Shown: piece by piece, positions 55,193-64,000 of the stretch
How positions within the stretch are numbered: the stretch's first letter is position 1
Layout of the letters: each line of letters starts with the position of its first letter
IMG/VR virus record: IMGVR_UViG_3300037792_000004
Direction: 5' to 3' (one strand)
From: an uncultured virus (IMG/VR IMGVR_UViG_3300037792_000004)
Lineage: Duplodnaviria > Heunggongvirae > Uroviricota > Caudoviricetes
DNA: 64,000 nucleotides
Translations under genes and position numbers: made by a program
Notes under the pieces: model-generated
The model's database searches: none
What the model was told of the DNA's origin: nothing
Seen by the model: the letters and a program-made list of their open reading frames with translations, nothing else

Positions 55193-56116
55193 CTATCTGA
55201 TGCTGAGTGTGAACTCGTCGTCACCGGTCTGAGGCTGGAAGATCAGCGGCAGTGTGTAGTTTGTGATGCGGTTGGTCTCGCCTGATGTGGGGCGGCCGAT
55301 TTGAACGGACGGTGCATTCAGCCGGACGATGTGGCCAGCCACAGTGCCGTGGGTGAGTTGCAAGGCCCCGGTGGTCTTGGCCTGGGCAATGTCGAACCAG
55401 TTGATGTCGGCCATCGCCTTGGCTTCGACCACCACTGAGCCCGTCGATTGCCGGTCAACCAGCTGGATGCGTTCATCCCCGATCAGAAAGCGCGGGACCA
55501 CCTCGACGCCGAGATCGAACGCCACCCGCTCGGAAATCCGGGCAGCCCCGTGCAGCGAAAAACTGGTGTTGGCATTGGAGACCGGAAGCGGTTTTTGAAA
55601 CGCGGTGACATCGGCCGCGGGCAGGGCGCTGTCCGAAACGGTGCCAAGCAGACCCATAAGCGTGAACCGGAACCGGGGGATCTGCTTTGGCGCAAACTCA
55701 AGCTGGAAGGTTCCGCGGCACCCCAGCGCGACATGCCGGACGCCGTCCTGATTGAAATAGACCGAGACACTTTCTTCGCCGTCCGAAACCGGCTCATAGT
55801 CCACCGATGTCGCTGGGGTGATCGTCTCAGATAGACCGCAGGCCCGCAGCAAAGCGCCATAGGCAGGCAAGGTTCCGGCCGCCCCGGCGCTTGCAGCTTC
55901 GACCGAAAACTCCATCTGCACATAGTTGCCGACAAGCTCGATGCCCTGATGGCCCAGCCAGGGAAGCAGCAAATCCCGGTTGATGTCCTCCCCGGCCAGC
56001 GGTGTCAGGGTGACATCCGTTGCTAGGATCGCATTGGCGGCACCCGTCGGAACACTGTCGGTGCCGTAAACCGGTTCGATTTTCGCCAGGATGGCAAGTT
56101 TCCGGTGCTTGCGCAT
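55193..56116 (-). CDS. Major tail tube protein (siphovirus type)
   Basis: ILAKIEPVYGTD, LLRACG, GCRGT motifs; no sheath gene nearby. Confidence 0.85.
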   Translation of the reverse strand: MRKHRKLAILAKIEPVYGTDSVPTGAANAILATDVTLTPLAGEDINRDLLLPWLGHQGIELVGNYVQMEFSVEAASAGAAGTLPAYGALLRACGLSETITPATSVDYEPVSDGEESVSVYFNQDGVRHVALGCRGTFQLEFAPKQIPRFRFTLMGLLGTVSDSALPAADVTAFQKPLPVSNANTSFSLHGAARISERVAFDLGVEVVPRFLIGDERIQLVDRQSTGSVVVEAKAMADINWFDIAQAKTTGALQLTHGTVAGHIVRLNAPSVQIGRPTSGETNRITNYTLPLIFQPQTGDDEFTLSIR

Positions 56117-56118
56117 GG

Positions 56119-56364
56119 TTATTTGTCCTTTCTTCTCACGGGCGGTTCGCACGACGTGCTGCCCTCCGAAGCAGGCGGCGCATCCGCGCCTGCGCGCGGT
56201 CGCGCTTGCGGCGCTTTTGGCGCTGGGCTCTTTTTCCTTGGAAGTTTGGATTTAGCCGTCCCGGACTTGATCCGGGACCGCTCATCTTCGCGCACCCGTT
56301 CGCCCGTGTCCGGATCCCGCAGATACCGCCCGCCCAGGCGTGGGGCACAGGTCGTCTCGCTCAT
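56119..56364 (-). CDS. Small hypothetical protein
   Basis: GGRYLRDPDTGERV; coupled between terminator and tube genes; contains an in-frame palindrome. Confidence 0.6.
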   Translation of the reverse strand: MSETTCAPRLGGRYLRDPDTGERVREDERSRIKSGTAKSKLPRKKSPAPKAPQARPRAGADAPPASEGSTSCEPPVRRKDK

Positions 56365-56789
56365 GAGGAGTGCTCCAGGTAGGAGGTCGCGCCATAAAGG
56401 TCCTCAAACCAGACGGTGCCCGATCGTGCTTTCAGCAGCTTGCCGGAGATGAAAATCAGTTCTGCATCGGTGCCAGCCGGAACAAATCCGATCAGCCTGG
56501 TGCGCACCCAGCCTTTCAAGGCCTCGATATCCCCGGCTGCGGCTGACATCCGGCCATCGGTGAGGTTCTCGGCGACAAGAATAACCGCGATGTCCGAGGC
56601 AAGCTCCTGAAGCACACCGCCGGTCGACCGGCTGTTGTCGCTGGCAGCTTCTTCAGCAATCAGCACATAGGCCGCCGGGACCGCGCGCCGGCGCTTTTCG
56701 ATCGCGGCAAATTCTATGGCACCGGCAACCTCTTTAAACGGCGTTCCAGACCCCTTTAAACGGCCGATAATGGAGGCAATCAGGCTCAT
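56361..56789 (-). CDS. Tail terminator-like protein
   Basis: PAAYVL...RLIGFVP; lies between gpG and tube. Confidence 0.75.
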   Translation of the reverse strand: MSLIASIIGRLKGSGTPFKEVAGAIEFAAIEKRRRAVPAAYVLIAEEAASDNSRSTGGVLQELASDIAVILVAENLTDGRMSAAAGDIEALKGWVRTRLIGFVPAGTDAELIFISGKLLKARSGTVWFEDLYGATSYLEHSS

Positions 56790-57385
56790 GCGGGTTTGTC
56801 TCCCTCGGCTGCGGCTTCAAAATGGGCCTCAGTGATCGCTAAAATCTCGGCACGGTCTCCGTCTGAAAACCCGAGATACGGGCGCGCAGGAATGACGATC
56901 GTGCGCTGCCCATATGTGACTTGCTTCTCGGTGACCCGTTTTTGGGCTTTACGGGCAAAGCGGAGCTGATTGCCCACCTTTCGGAACCGCACCTTCCGGC
57001 TCTGCGGGTACTGCGTGATGGTGCCGCCATGCTGGTGGATACCGGCATAGGTGAGATTGGTGCCGGTGGCCGCTTCCGTTTCCGATGCCTCCGCCACGAT
57101 CGACTGGTACAGCCGGTTGCTGTCACGCAGGAGTTTTGGTGTGACGTCCTGATCCGCACTTCGCGCCCTGTTGATCCGCGCTTGGGCCGTTTTCGGTGCA
57201 TGGCGCGGCCAGGCAGCTCCCTCCGGATCGCTTTCGGTTTCAAAGCGCCGCTGGACAGAGAACAGCATGGCGCCGGAAATCTCCTGCATCAGCGCGAGGG
57301 TGTCGCCGTCGGCGGCCGCGACCCGGGACAGGGCCGCATTGATCTCGGCATCTTCGATCGTGATGGCAGAAGACACACCGGTCAT
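56786..57385 (-). CDS. Phage virion morphogenesis protein (Mu gpG)
   Basis: RFETESDPEGAAW, GTNLTYAGIHQHGG, IPARPYLG. Confidence 0.92.
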   Translation of the reverse strand: MTGVSSAITIEDAEINAALSRVAAADGDTLALMQEISGAMLFSVQRRFETESDPEGAAWPRHAPKTAQARINRARSADQDVTPKLLRDSNRLYQSIVAEASETEAATGTNLTYAGIHQHGGTITQYPQSRKVRFRKVGNQLRFARKAQKRVTEKQVTYGQRTIVIPARPYLGFSDGDRAEILAITEAHFEAAAEGDKPA

Positions 57386-57816
57386 CAGAAGCCTCCGAGC
57401 GTGTCACGACTGAAGATGCGGCCAGGTGCGCTCACCTGGACCGCGCCGCCGCCGCTTTGTCCGGAGGTTTTGCCGTCGGCTTCGAGCTGCACGGTGCCAT
57501 TGGCAACGTCTTTCAGCCAGGCAATGGCCCGCTCAAAGTCCCGCGTCACCGGATCGTCCTTGTCCAGCCGGCGCCCGTGAAGATAATAGCGGCCGATCTG
57601 GCAGATCATCGGGATCAGCACATCGGGGACAGGGACAAGCGGCACCTGATATTTCTTGGCGATGTAACTGTCGGCCAGGTTCTCCGCATCTCTGATCGCC
57701 GCCGAGACAACTGCCGCGTCGATGGTGGTGGCCGGCAGGTTGGCCCGGTCGGTCAGCTGGATCAGCTCATCCTCGCCATACCGGTCAATCAGATCCTGTT
57801 GGGATGCATAGGCCAC
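57385..57816 (-). CDS. Mu gp36-like head-tail adaptor (DUF1320)
   Basis: YASQQDLIDRYGEDELIQLTD...AIAWLKDVANG. Confidence 0.92.
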   Translation of the reverse strand: MAYASQQDLIDRYGEDELIQLTDRANLPATTIDAAVVSAAIRDAENLADSYIAKKYQVPLVPVPDVLIPMICQIGRYYLHGRRLDKDDPVTRDFERAIAWLKDVANGTVQLEADGKTSGQSGGGAVQVSAPGRIFSRDTLGGF

Positions 57817-57825
57817 GGCTTGTCC

Positions 57826-58056
57826 TCAGAGCTCGTGAACAACCAGATTGGCTTCGCTTTTCAGCGCACGGATCTCCGCCGCTGAAAACCGGCCCTCCGG
57901 ATAATCGATAGCGTTCGCCGGATGATGCACACCGCAGCGCCGGAAGCCTTCGGCCGGTTTTGCCGTGATCCGGAGCGCCATTTTCGGTTGCTCTGCCTCT
58001 GATGGGGCAGGGGCAGACTTTGAGGCGGTTGCTTTTGTTTTGGTCGCGGTGGTCAT
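57826..58056 (-). CDS. HI1506-related protein
   Basis: GFRRCGVHH...LKSEANLVV. Confidence 0.75.
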   Translation of the reverse strand: MTTATKTKATASKSAPAPSEAEQPKMALRITAKPAEGFRRCGVHHPANAIDYPEGRFSAAEIRALKSEANLVVHEL

Positions 58057-58110
58057 GACAGGGTGTCCTTATGGTGAGGCTTGCGGACAGGCGCGGGCGG
58101 CGCCGGTTCG

Positions 58111-58148
58111 AAAACCCCGTTGTCCGGAGGCGGGCACCCGGACAACGG
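58111..58148 (-). terminator. Putative intrinsic terminator/attenuator after the capsid gene
   Basis: CCGTTGTCCGG-10 nt-CCGGACAACGG followed by GGTTTT on the minus strand. Confidence 0.55.
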
Positions 58149-58168
58149 AAAAGGGCGGGGGAGCGGGC

Positions 58169-59065
58169 TTAGGCGAGCCAGGGAACGACCAGGACTTCGG
58201 CTGTACCGGCCCATTTGTTGGTTTCGCCGCCGTTGATCAATTTGCTTTGCACGATCTCGTTGGCCGCCCCTTCCAAAGACGGCGGAACAACCAGCAGGCG
58301 GGGATTGATGGCAAGCGGTTTGCCGAAATCCGCTTTCAACTCCCCCAGGCCAACCCGTGCGTTTTCATAGGTGGCCGCGTTGAGCGTCTGTTTGGAGCCC
58401 CAGGCCATTTGCCAGAAGCCATATCCGCTTTGCGCCCGGCCATCGAGGCCGTAGATGAACTGCTTTTGCATGAAGACGTTTTGATCGTCTTCCTTGTCCA
58501 TGCGGATCAGCCGGTTCGGCCGTTTGCGGTCCTGAAAGATGAACGGTTTGAGCGGTCGGCTGACATCAAGCAGGTACCAGGGCGTGCCGGAGCCGCCGTC
58601 GGTGTTGGCAACGGAGATAGGCTCGCCGTTTTCATCCAGCACCGGGTGGTCGGTATCGAAGAAATACTGGCCGTCGTAACATGTCTGGCTGAAGCCGTTT
58701 TTCAAAAGCGGCCAGATCAGATCATCGGGAAAGGTGGCCGAGGCCATGCCGAGATCGCGGAACATTGGTCCATAGATCCCGAGATTGTCGTCATCGAAAT
58801 CATCCCGGTCGACCTCGACGGTCAGTTCAAACGACCTGTTCTTGAGCGTATAGCCATGTTTGGCGAGCGAATTGATCACCCGGTCGCCGACCCATTCGCG
58901 GAACCGTGGAAACTTGCCGAGCCAGCCATACTCGTTTTCCCGGGTGGTCGAGGTGACGGTGGTCGCAACCCGGCTGGCCATGCTGCTCGCCTCGGCAAGC
59001 CCGTTTTGAAACGCGGCGTTAAAACCGACATAGGCCGACTGAAGGGTCTGTGTGTTGATGTCCAT
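58169..59065 (-). CDS. Mu-like major capsid protein gpT (second copy)
   Basis: YGWLGKFPRFREWVGDR, CYDGQYFFDTDHPV; start at MDINTQ. Confidence 0.96.
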   Translation of the reverse strand: MDINTQTLQSAYVGFNAAFQNGLAEASSMASRVATTVTSTTRENEYGWLGKFPRFREWVGDRVINSLAKHGYTLKNRSFELTVEVDRDDFDDDNLGIYGPMFRDLGMASATFPDDLIWPLLKNGFSQTCYDGQYFFDTDHPVLDENGEPISVANTDGGSGTPWYLLDVSRPLKPFIFQDRKRPNRLIRMDKEDDQNVFMQKQFIYGLDGRAQSGYGFWQMAWGSKQTLNAATYENARVGLGELKADFGKPLAINPRLLVVPPSLEGAANEIVQSKLINGGETNKWAGTAEVLVVPWLA

Positions 59066-59188
59066 GTCAAAGGGACTCCGTTGTCCGTGCGGGTGCCCCG
59101 CCACTTAAAACCTCATCCTGAGGGCCGCGAAGCGGCGTCTCGAAGGATCTCAATGCCGCCCCGGACCTGATCCGGGGCCTCTCCTTGA

Positions 59189-59599
59189 TCAGCGGAACTC
59201 GACCCAGACGCCGTTCGCATCGACGTCAAAGACCGTGCCGGCAGCGGACCGGGTTCCGGTGCCATCGGTTTTGGCAACGGTCTGATCATCGACGCCGTAA
59301 CAGGTCGTCCCGATGTCCGATTGGGTGATTTCATCGGCTGCAGCTGAATTGGCGAAACGAAAACAGCCGGTTTTCACTTGGGTCCGGATGGCGCCTGAAG
59401 CACCGGCGGAATTGTCGGCACGCGCCTCGCAGCGGCCAACGGCGCGCAAGGCACTGGAGGCCGACATCGGGACAAGTTCATTGGACGCGTTGAGCGCGGC
59501 CATTGCCCCGGCATAAAGGGTGGTTGCGGCGGCGAGCGGAAATTCCCGGAGAGCGGCAACGCGTTCCGGCGTGCGCCGGTCTGTGGTCAGGGCGGTCAT
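59189..59599 (-). CDS. Capsid cement / decoration-like protein
   Basis: CYGVDDQTVAKTDGTGTRSAAG; paralogous to 13282-13683. Confidence 0.72.
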   Translation of the reverse strand: MTALTTDRRTPERVAALREFPLAAATTLYAGAMAALNASNELVPMSASSALRAVGRCEARADNSAGASGAIRTQVKTGCFRFANSAAADEITQSDIGTTCYGVDDQTVAKTDGTGTRSAAGTVFDVDANGVWVEFR

Positions 59600-60642
59600 G
59601 ACTGCAGATCCTTTTTCGCGGCAACCATGGCGTCCCGGTCAAGTCCCATCTGGGACATGATCTCAAGATCAGCGTCACTCAGATCCGGATCGCCGGTCTG
59701 TTTGGGCTGACTGCCGAGCTGGGTGCTGGTGAGCTCCGGAGCGCTGGCCGTGAAGGCCTCGAATTTCTCTGGATCTTTGCGGGCAAGATCCAGGCCCCAG
59801 TCTTTCAGCGCCGGCGCAAGCTTGCCAGCTTCGATCGCCGCAGTGACCAAGGTCTCAGCCTTGCCGTCAGCGTGATCGCTCTGAAGCTTTTTGACATCCG
59901 CTTGCAGGGCTTCAACCTGTGCGATCGGCACGTATTTGGCCGGATCGGGGGGCGTGCCGGCCATCGCCTTGGTGACGGCTGCCGTGATCGCCTCTGTGCT
60001 TGCATCCTCATCCAGGCTGACGGCAAGCGCGATGGCGGATTGAGTGGCGGTCAGGGCTTTGATCGCCGACACCGCATCGGCCACGGTCGCGTCCCCGGCA
60101 AGACCGAGGGCTTCCAGGAGTTCGTCCATGTCTGATCCTTTGGTGAGAGAGAGCTCGGCATGCGCGGCAACCGCGGCCAGGTCCATGGCCGGCGTGTTCA
60201 GAAGCGCTGCGCTGAAGAGCAGGGAGACGTGCCGGGTTGTCTTGTCCGGAGCAAAGGTCGGAGAGATGTAGCGGTATTCACCGGCGTCAATGGCGTCCCG
60301 TGCCGCGGCCGTCCATGCGACCCGGCCGTAGATCCCGTCGCCGCGGACCTCAAAATCCTTGACCCAGCCGGCCGCCTTGGCCGTGCCGCCAACGCCTTTG
60401 ACCGCACCAAAGACGGACTGGTGATCGTAATCGATCATCAGCTCCGTGCCGCCGAGATAGTCTTTGGTCCGCTGGATGATAGCGGCCATCTCGTCCGCAT
60501 CGCCGGCATGAAATGGGCCGCGCCCGTCCCGGGTCGAGAACGTTCCAGACGGCAGCAGCTTGATCCAGGCACCGCCCTCCGGCGGACCGGCATCAGCGGG
60601 GTCAGTGGCGCAAATAATGAGCTGTGAGGCGGATAAGGTCAT
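59596..60642 (-). CDS. Mu-like prohead protease/scaffold gpI (second copy)
   Basis: WIKLLPSG, IDYDHQ, YRYISPTF, AALLNTPA; start at MTLSAS. Confidence 0.93.
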   Translation of the reverse strand: MTLSASQLIICATDPADAGPPEGGAWIKLLPSGTFSTRDGRGPFHAGDADEMAAIIQRTKDYLGGTELMIDYDHQSVFGAVKGVGGTAKAAGWVKDFEVRGDGIYGRVAWTAAARDAIDAGEYRYISPTFAPDKTTRHVSLLFSAALLNTPAMDLAAVAAHAELSLTKGSDMDELLEALGLAGDATVADAVSAIKALTATQSAIALAVSLDEDASTEAITAAVTKAMAGTPPDPAKYVPIAQVEALQADVKKLQSDHADGKAETLVTAAIEAGKLAPALKDWGLDLARKDPEKFEAFTASAPELTSTQLGSQPKQTGDPDLSDADLEIMSQMGLDRDAMVAAKKDLQS

Positions 60643-60674
60643 GCGGCACAGAGTGCCGGTCAGACCCAATCAAA

Positions 60675-60695
60675 AACACCCGCGCGGATGCACGG
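60675..60695 (-). promoter_or_regulatory. Putative late promoter motif of prophage B upstream of protease
   Basis: CCGTGCATCCGCGCGGGTGTT + 19 nt + CACTCT, 7 nt before the ATG. Confidence 0.7.
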
Positions 60696-60804
60696 TTAGT
60701 GTCAGTCAGTGGTTAAGGTTTAGAATTCTACGCTTGCTGAGATAATGGCCGTAAATTGTATGGAGTGTAGTCATACGCCTAGACTTCAAAGACAGGATTT
60801 GATG

Positions 60805-62292
60805 CTACCAGCATGTTGGATCCCTGTCTTCCTGAGGTTGAGATGCAATACTGTTTAAATCCACCAAAGTGTTCAAAAAATACTCTGAAAAGTGTTGGCT
60901 CTGTGGGGCTGAATTCCCAATTGATTTTGAAGGACATGATAGTTTTTGACACTCATCTCCAATGCATAAGTCACTTAATTGAACGGCACTTGATTGAATG
61001 GAAATTGGATGTACTGAAAGTCCCTGCCGCTCGTAGTGGTCATGTAGACTGTCTTCTTCCCTGTTCAGTCTTCTAACAATCTGTTCGATCGGCTCGCCCC
61101 ATTCTGCAGATATAAAATAAGTTCCGAGATCTACATGTTGATCTTTTTCACCATTACAGGTTTGTGGGACGTTGACGCCTTCCGGTACCAAAGGTGGACC
61201 ATTTAGCGAGAATTTGCGTCGTATGTATTTTTTAGGCGTTCCATTCGGAGTGCAGCCAACAGCAACAATGTCCAGATGCACTCCTTTTTCACTATAACAA
61301 GCTTCCGATAGGAAGTCTGGATCGGTGTATTTTACGCTTCGAAAATCCGCTCCCGTTACGTTGGCGCCGCGAAAAACTGTGTTGGATATCTTAAGATCGT
61401 AATCAGCTGGGTTCTCCAAACACCCTGCCCCATCACCACTTCCGCAGGATCCTCTTGCAAAAATAGATCCAGCCAAGTTGGATTCCTGGAAATTAGCGCC
61501 AGTCATATCGATCGCAACAAATTCACTTATCGGGAAAACCGTTTTTTCGAAGTCGCTTTCTTTCATCGTTGAATAGGAAACTCTGGCTCCTGGGATGTCC
61601 GCAAGCTTCCATTTAAACTGAACTTGATCAAAATTCGTATCGTAGAAATCAAAAACTCTTAAAGGCTGGCCAAGCCTACCGGTTTCGATTTGACTATCCG
61701 TATGAGTCTGCAGATCCTCTTGGATTTTTGCGCGCGAGAAATTTATTCCAGAGTTGTTAGTAGTTGAGAAGTATACTTTCTCGAGTATAGCTCCCGAGAA
61801 GTCAGCATCATTTAGATGAGAGTGCCGAAAATCTACTTTATGGAATCGAGCTTCTGAGAAATTTGTTTTACAAAATTTACCTTGGCGCAGATCAATATCG
61901 CGAAATGGTATACCACTCAGATCTACATTGGATAACGAAACACCCATTTTGTTGAGGCGTTCCAAGGCCTCAGATTGACCAATTTCGCCTGAAGCACCAA
62001 TACGCCCTGCACGATCTATTATTGAAAAATACTCGTTTATTGCTGGGATGCGTCGATCCTCAGCAGAGGAGCGAAGTTCAGAAATTTTCAACCCAAAGTC
62101 CGAAAAAACCAAATAAACGCCAACAAGTGCAAGTGCAAAGCCGGCTACTTCTATTCTTTGGAAAAGCCAGTTAGGTGCTTCATATCGGAACAAAAATTTG
62201 AATGGGAAAAAAAATTTGCTTATGAACAGGTCACGCCGGTTCTTAGTCCGCAAAAATCGATACCAAATTCTTAATCTTCGTGTAGCAGTCAT
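60805..62292 (-). CDS. Membrane-anchored pentapeptide-repeat protein (moron)
   Basis: TM near the N-terminus; many repeats such as TNFSE, ARFHK, ADFSG, ANFQE, SNLAG; AT-rich. Confidence 0.85.
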   Translation of the reverse strand: MTATRRLRIWYRFLRTKNRRDLFISKFFFPFKFLFRYEAPNWLFQRIEVAGFALALVGVYLVFSDFGLKISELRSSAEDRRIPAINEYFSIIDRAGRIGASGEIGQSEALERLNKMGVSLSNVDLSGIPFRDIDLRQGKFCKTNFSEARFHKVDFRHSHLNDADFSGAILEKVYFSTTNNSGINFSRAKIQEDLQTHTDSQIETGRLGQPLRVFDFYDTNFDQVQFKWKLADIPGARVSYSTMKESDFEKTVFPISEFVAIDMTGANFQESNLAGSIFARGSCGSGDGAGCLENPADYDLKISNTVFRGANVTGADFRSVKYTDPDFLSEACYSEKGVHLDIVAVGCTPNGTPKKYIRRKFSLNGPPLVPEGVNVPQTCNGEKDQHVDLGTYFISAEWGEPIEQIVRRLNREEDSLHDHYERQGLSVHPISIQSSAVQLSDLCIGDECQKLSCPSKSIGNSAPQSQHFSEYFLNTLVDLNSIASQPQEDRDPTCW

Positions 62293-62472
62293 TTAGTAGT
62301 TTCCCAAAAGATACAAAATGATGGAACAAATATTATATATTCGCCGGTTAGGGGTTGTGATTAATAAAGTATTTTTTCAAAGTTGGTCGGGCGGAAAATA
62401 TAATCGAGAGCATTTAAAATATAAATCTTAACGTACTGCAACTAGTTGTTGCATTCTTCTGATTATTAATAG

Positions 62473-64000
62473 CTATCTATGAGCAAATAGTAGCCCCATT
62501 GGTGATTTCTTCAGTTCCTGATGAGCGTTTCTGAGATCACGAAACCTTTCCGGGATTTCCTTCAGTTTTGGTGCGTCTATCACTTGATTGATTGCGAAAG
62601 CTGCAGCACCAAAAGCAGGTGTTCCTGTTGCGATTGCTGCGACTTCGACGGTGCCAGCAACTAACCATGATCCCAAATCGTGCCCAGCAAACTTCAAGCC
62701 TTTGGCCTTTAGTTCTTTGATGTTTTCCTGGTGCTTTTCGAAAGCATCTTGAACATTGTTGACTATTTGATCGCTCGACCGAAAAAATCCATCTGGCTTG
62801 GCATTGGCTATCTCGTTGATACCGGCAGATAACGTTTCTCTAATCTCTTCAAATGCTCCTTGTTGGCGCATCTCTATCAGCGCTTCGGAAGGAATGTTGC
62901 CCAGCCACTGCATGTCGGTATCAGCAACTCTTTGCAGCCCCTTAATCATATGTAAATGGGTTACTTCGTCATCGGCCATCGCGGAGTTGTATTCCAGCTT
63001 CCAATTGAAATATTTCCAGGAAGTCGGAGCGTCCAGCAATGGAGTTCCATAAAGGTATCGGCTCTTTAGCAGTATATCGGTGGCTTGCATCATCCGACCC
63101 ATACATTGCATAGCAGCAAAATCTCCCGCCGCGATCTCGCCAGGAAACAATGATCCATCGTTCTTGAGCGCCCGTTTTATTTGATCCTCAAGTGTGCCGT
63201 CCCAATCAAGGTCGAACAGCAGTTTCTCTCTATCGATTACCTCCTTGACGAGCTTTTCTGGAGTTTCCAGCGTAGAGCAAAATCCAAAGAGTTCTTCAAT
63301 GCTTTCAAATTTCCTGCCAAACACTTGCCCCGCGTGAATGAGTCCATCTTTTTCGGCAATTTTCTCCAAAAAAACGCGCTCATCTTCATCAATCGATGAC
63401 TTGAACGGCGTTACGATAATTACCGGATTATCAAGCTCAGCCAAGGCTAGATCTCGATATTTCATAAGATTTATTGCGTGCTTTACTAAGAAATAAACTT
63501 GCTTTTCATGGGAAGAGTTTTCAAATACTGCTTTTGATTGCCAAAAAGGGTCTGACAATATGATTGTATCGACATATAGGCCGACACTACTGGCTATGTT
63601 CTTTTGATATGAAGGGAAGAGATCGCCACCGTAGACGGCTTTTGTTCCGTTTAAGTCTTGAATGTGGTAATGAGAAGACTCAGAAAGCGCGCTCCAAAGC
63701 TCTTGAAGTCCCTCGAGAAAGTGTGGGATCTGTGGACTTATGTCCTTAACCGCCAAGGGTTGCTGAGATATCGCTAAAGCGAAGTCATGCGCATCATAAC
63801 CTTTTTCACGAGCTTCCGTGACGAAGAAACCCAAATTTGACTCGATGTACTTGAAGTATGATGCAGCAATTTCTTCTAGCGAAATGGCGTCTTTAGCTTC
63901 TTGTCGATCTTGCATAACTGCTGCAATCATGGCTAACGAGCGGATTCGCGCATCGACGGTCGCCAGATCTATTTTGCCATCTGTACCGTAACGTATCGCG
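62473..64000 (-). CDS. Hypothetical protein (moron), possibly 5'-truncated by the window edge
   Basis: Frame stays open upstream of the ATG at 63930 to the window end (AIRYGTDGKIDLATVDARIRSLA); AT-rich. Confidence 0.7.
   Translation of the reverse strand, partial: AIRYGTDGKIDLATVDARIRSLAMIAAVMQDRQEAKDAISLEEIAASYFKYIESNLGFFVTEAREKGYDAHDFALAISQQPLAVKDISPQIPHFLEGLQELWSALSESSHYHIQDLNGTKAVYGGDLFPSYQKNIASSVGLYVDTIILSDPFWQSKAVFENSSHEKQVYFLVKHAINLMKYRDLALAELDNPVIIVTPFKSSIDEDERVFLEKIAEKDGLIHAGQVFGRKFESIEELFGFCSTLETPEKLVKEVIDREKLLFDLDWDGTLEDQIKRALKNDGSLFPGEIAAGDFAAMQCMGRMMQATDILLKSRYLYGTPLLDAPTSWKYFNWKLEYNSAMADDEVTHLHMIKGLQRVADTDMQWLGNIPSEALIEMRQQGAFEEIRETLSAGINEIANAKPDGFFRSSDQIVNNVQDAFEKHQENIKELKAKGLKFAGHDLGSWLVAGTVEVAAIATGTPAFGAAAFAINQVIDAPKLKEIPERFRDLRNAHQELKKSPMGLLFAHR

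Larger units (their letters stand above)
35135..64000 (-). mobile_element. Mu-like transposable prophage B (Mu head, GTA-like non-contractile tail); early genes and left end lie outside the window
   Basis: Second set of protease I, capsid T, gp36 and gpG, then tube, chaperones, TMP, GTA-like tip genes, com and MTase, ending in two tandem transposase sites at 35137-35178. Confidence 0.88.

Noticed and set aside
1..64000. Simple tandem duplication of one prophage
   Set aside because: Head paralogues are clearly diverged, tails are of different types and late-promoter motifs differ.
1..64000. tRNA or rRNA genes
   Set aside because: None recognised by eye; tRNAscan-SE or Infernal would be needed to exclude them formally.

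Overview
The whole window is prophage DNA, probably from an alphaproteobacterium (inferred from the GTA-like tail genes and REP-like palindromes). It holds two different Mu-like transposable prophages head-to-tail, both read on the minus strand and both running off the window edges. Prophage A (<1-35134) has a repressor/ner switch, MuA/MuB, lysis genes, a Mu-type head and a P2-type contractile tail. Prophage B (35135->64000) has a Mu-type head and a non-contractile tail with RcGTA g12-g15-like tip genes, plus a com-methyltransferase module at its right end. The left end of A is fused to the right end of B, both carry the same 20-bp transposase-site consensus, and the B end appears to lack its terminal 3 bp. 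Other notable items: (i) a C5 DNA methyltransferase apparently split into two nested reading frames behind a Com zinc finger; (ii) a ~7 kb defence-like island splitting B's tail operon, with repeated late-promoter motifs and a leftover tape-measure 5' stub; (iii) a GNAT / membrane protein / orphan periplasmic Cache trio beside A's repressor; (iv) AbiTii, SLATT, tandem-Mrr, HEPN-like and pentapeptide morons; (v) two -1 frameshift tail chaperones and several candidate structured RNAs. Protein family calls come from recalled motifs and synteny; no database search was run.
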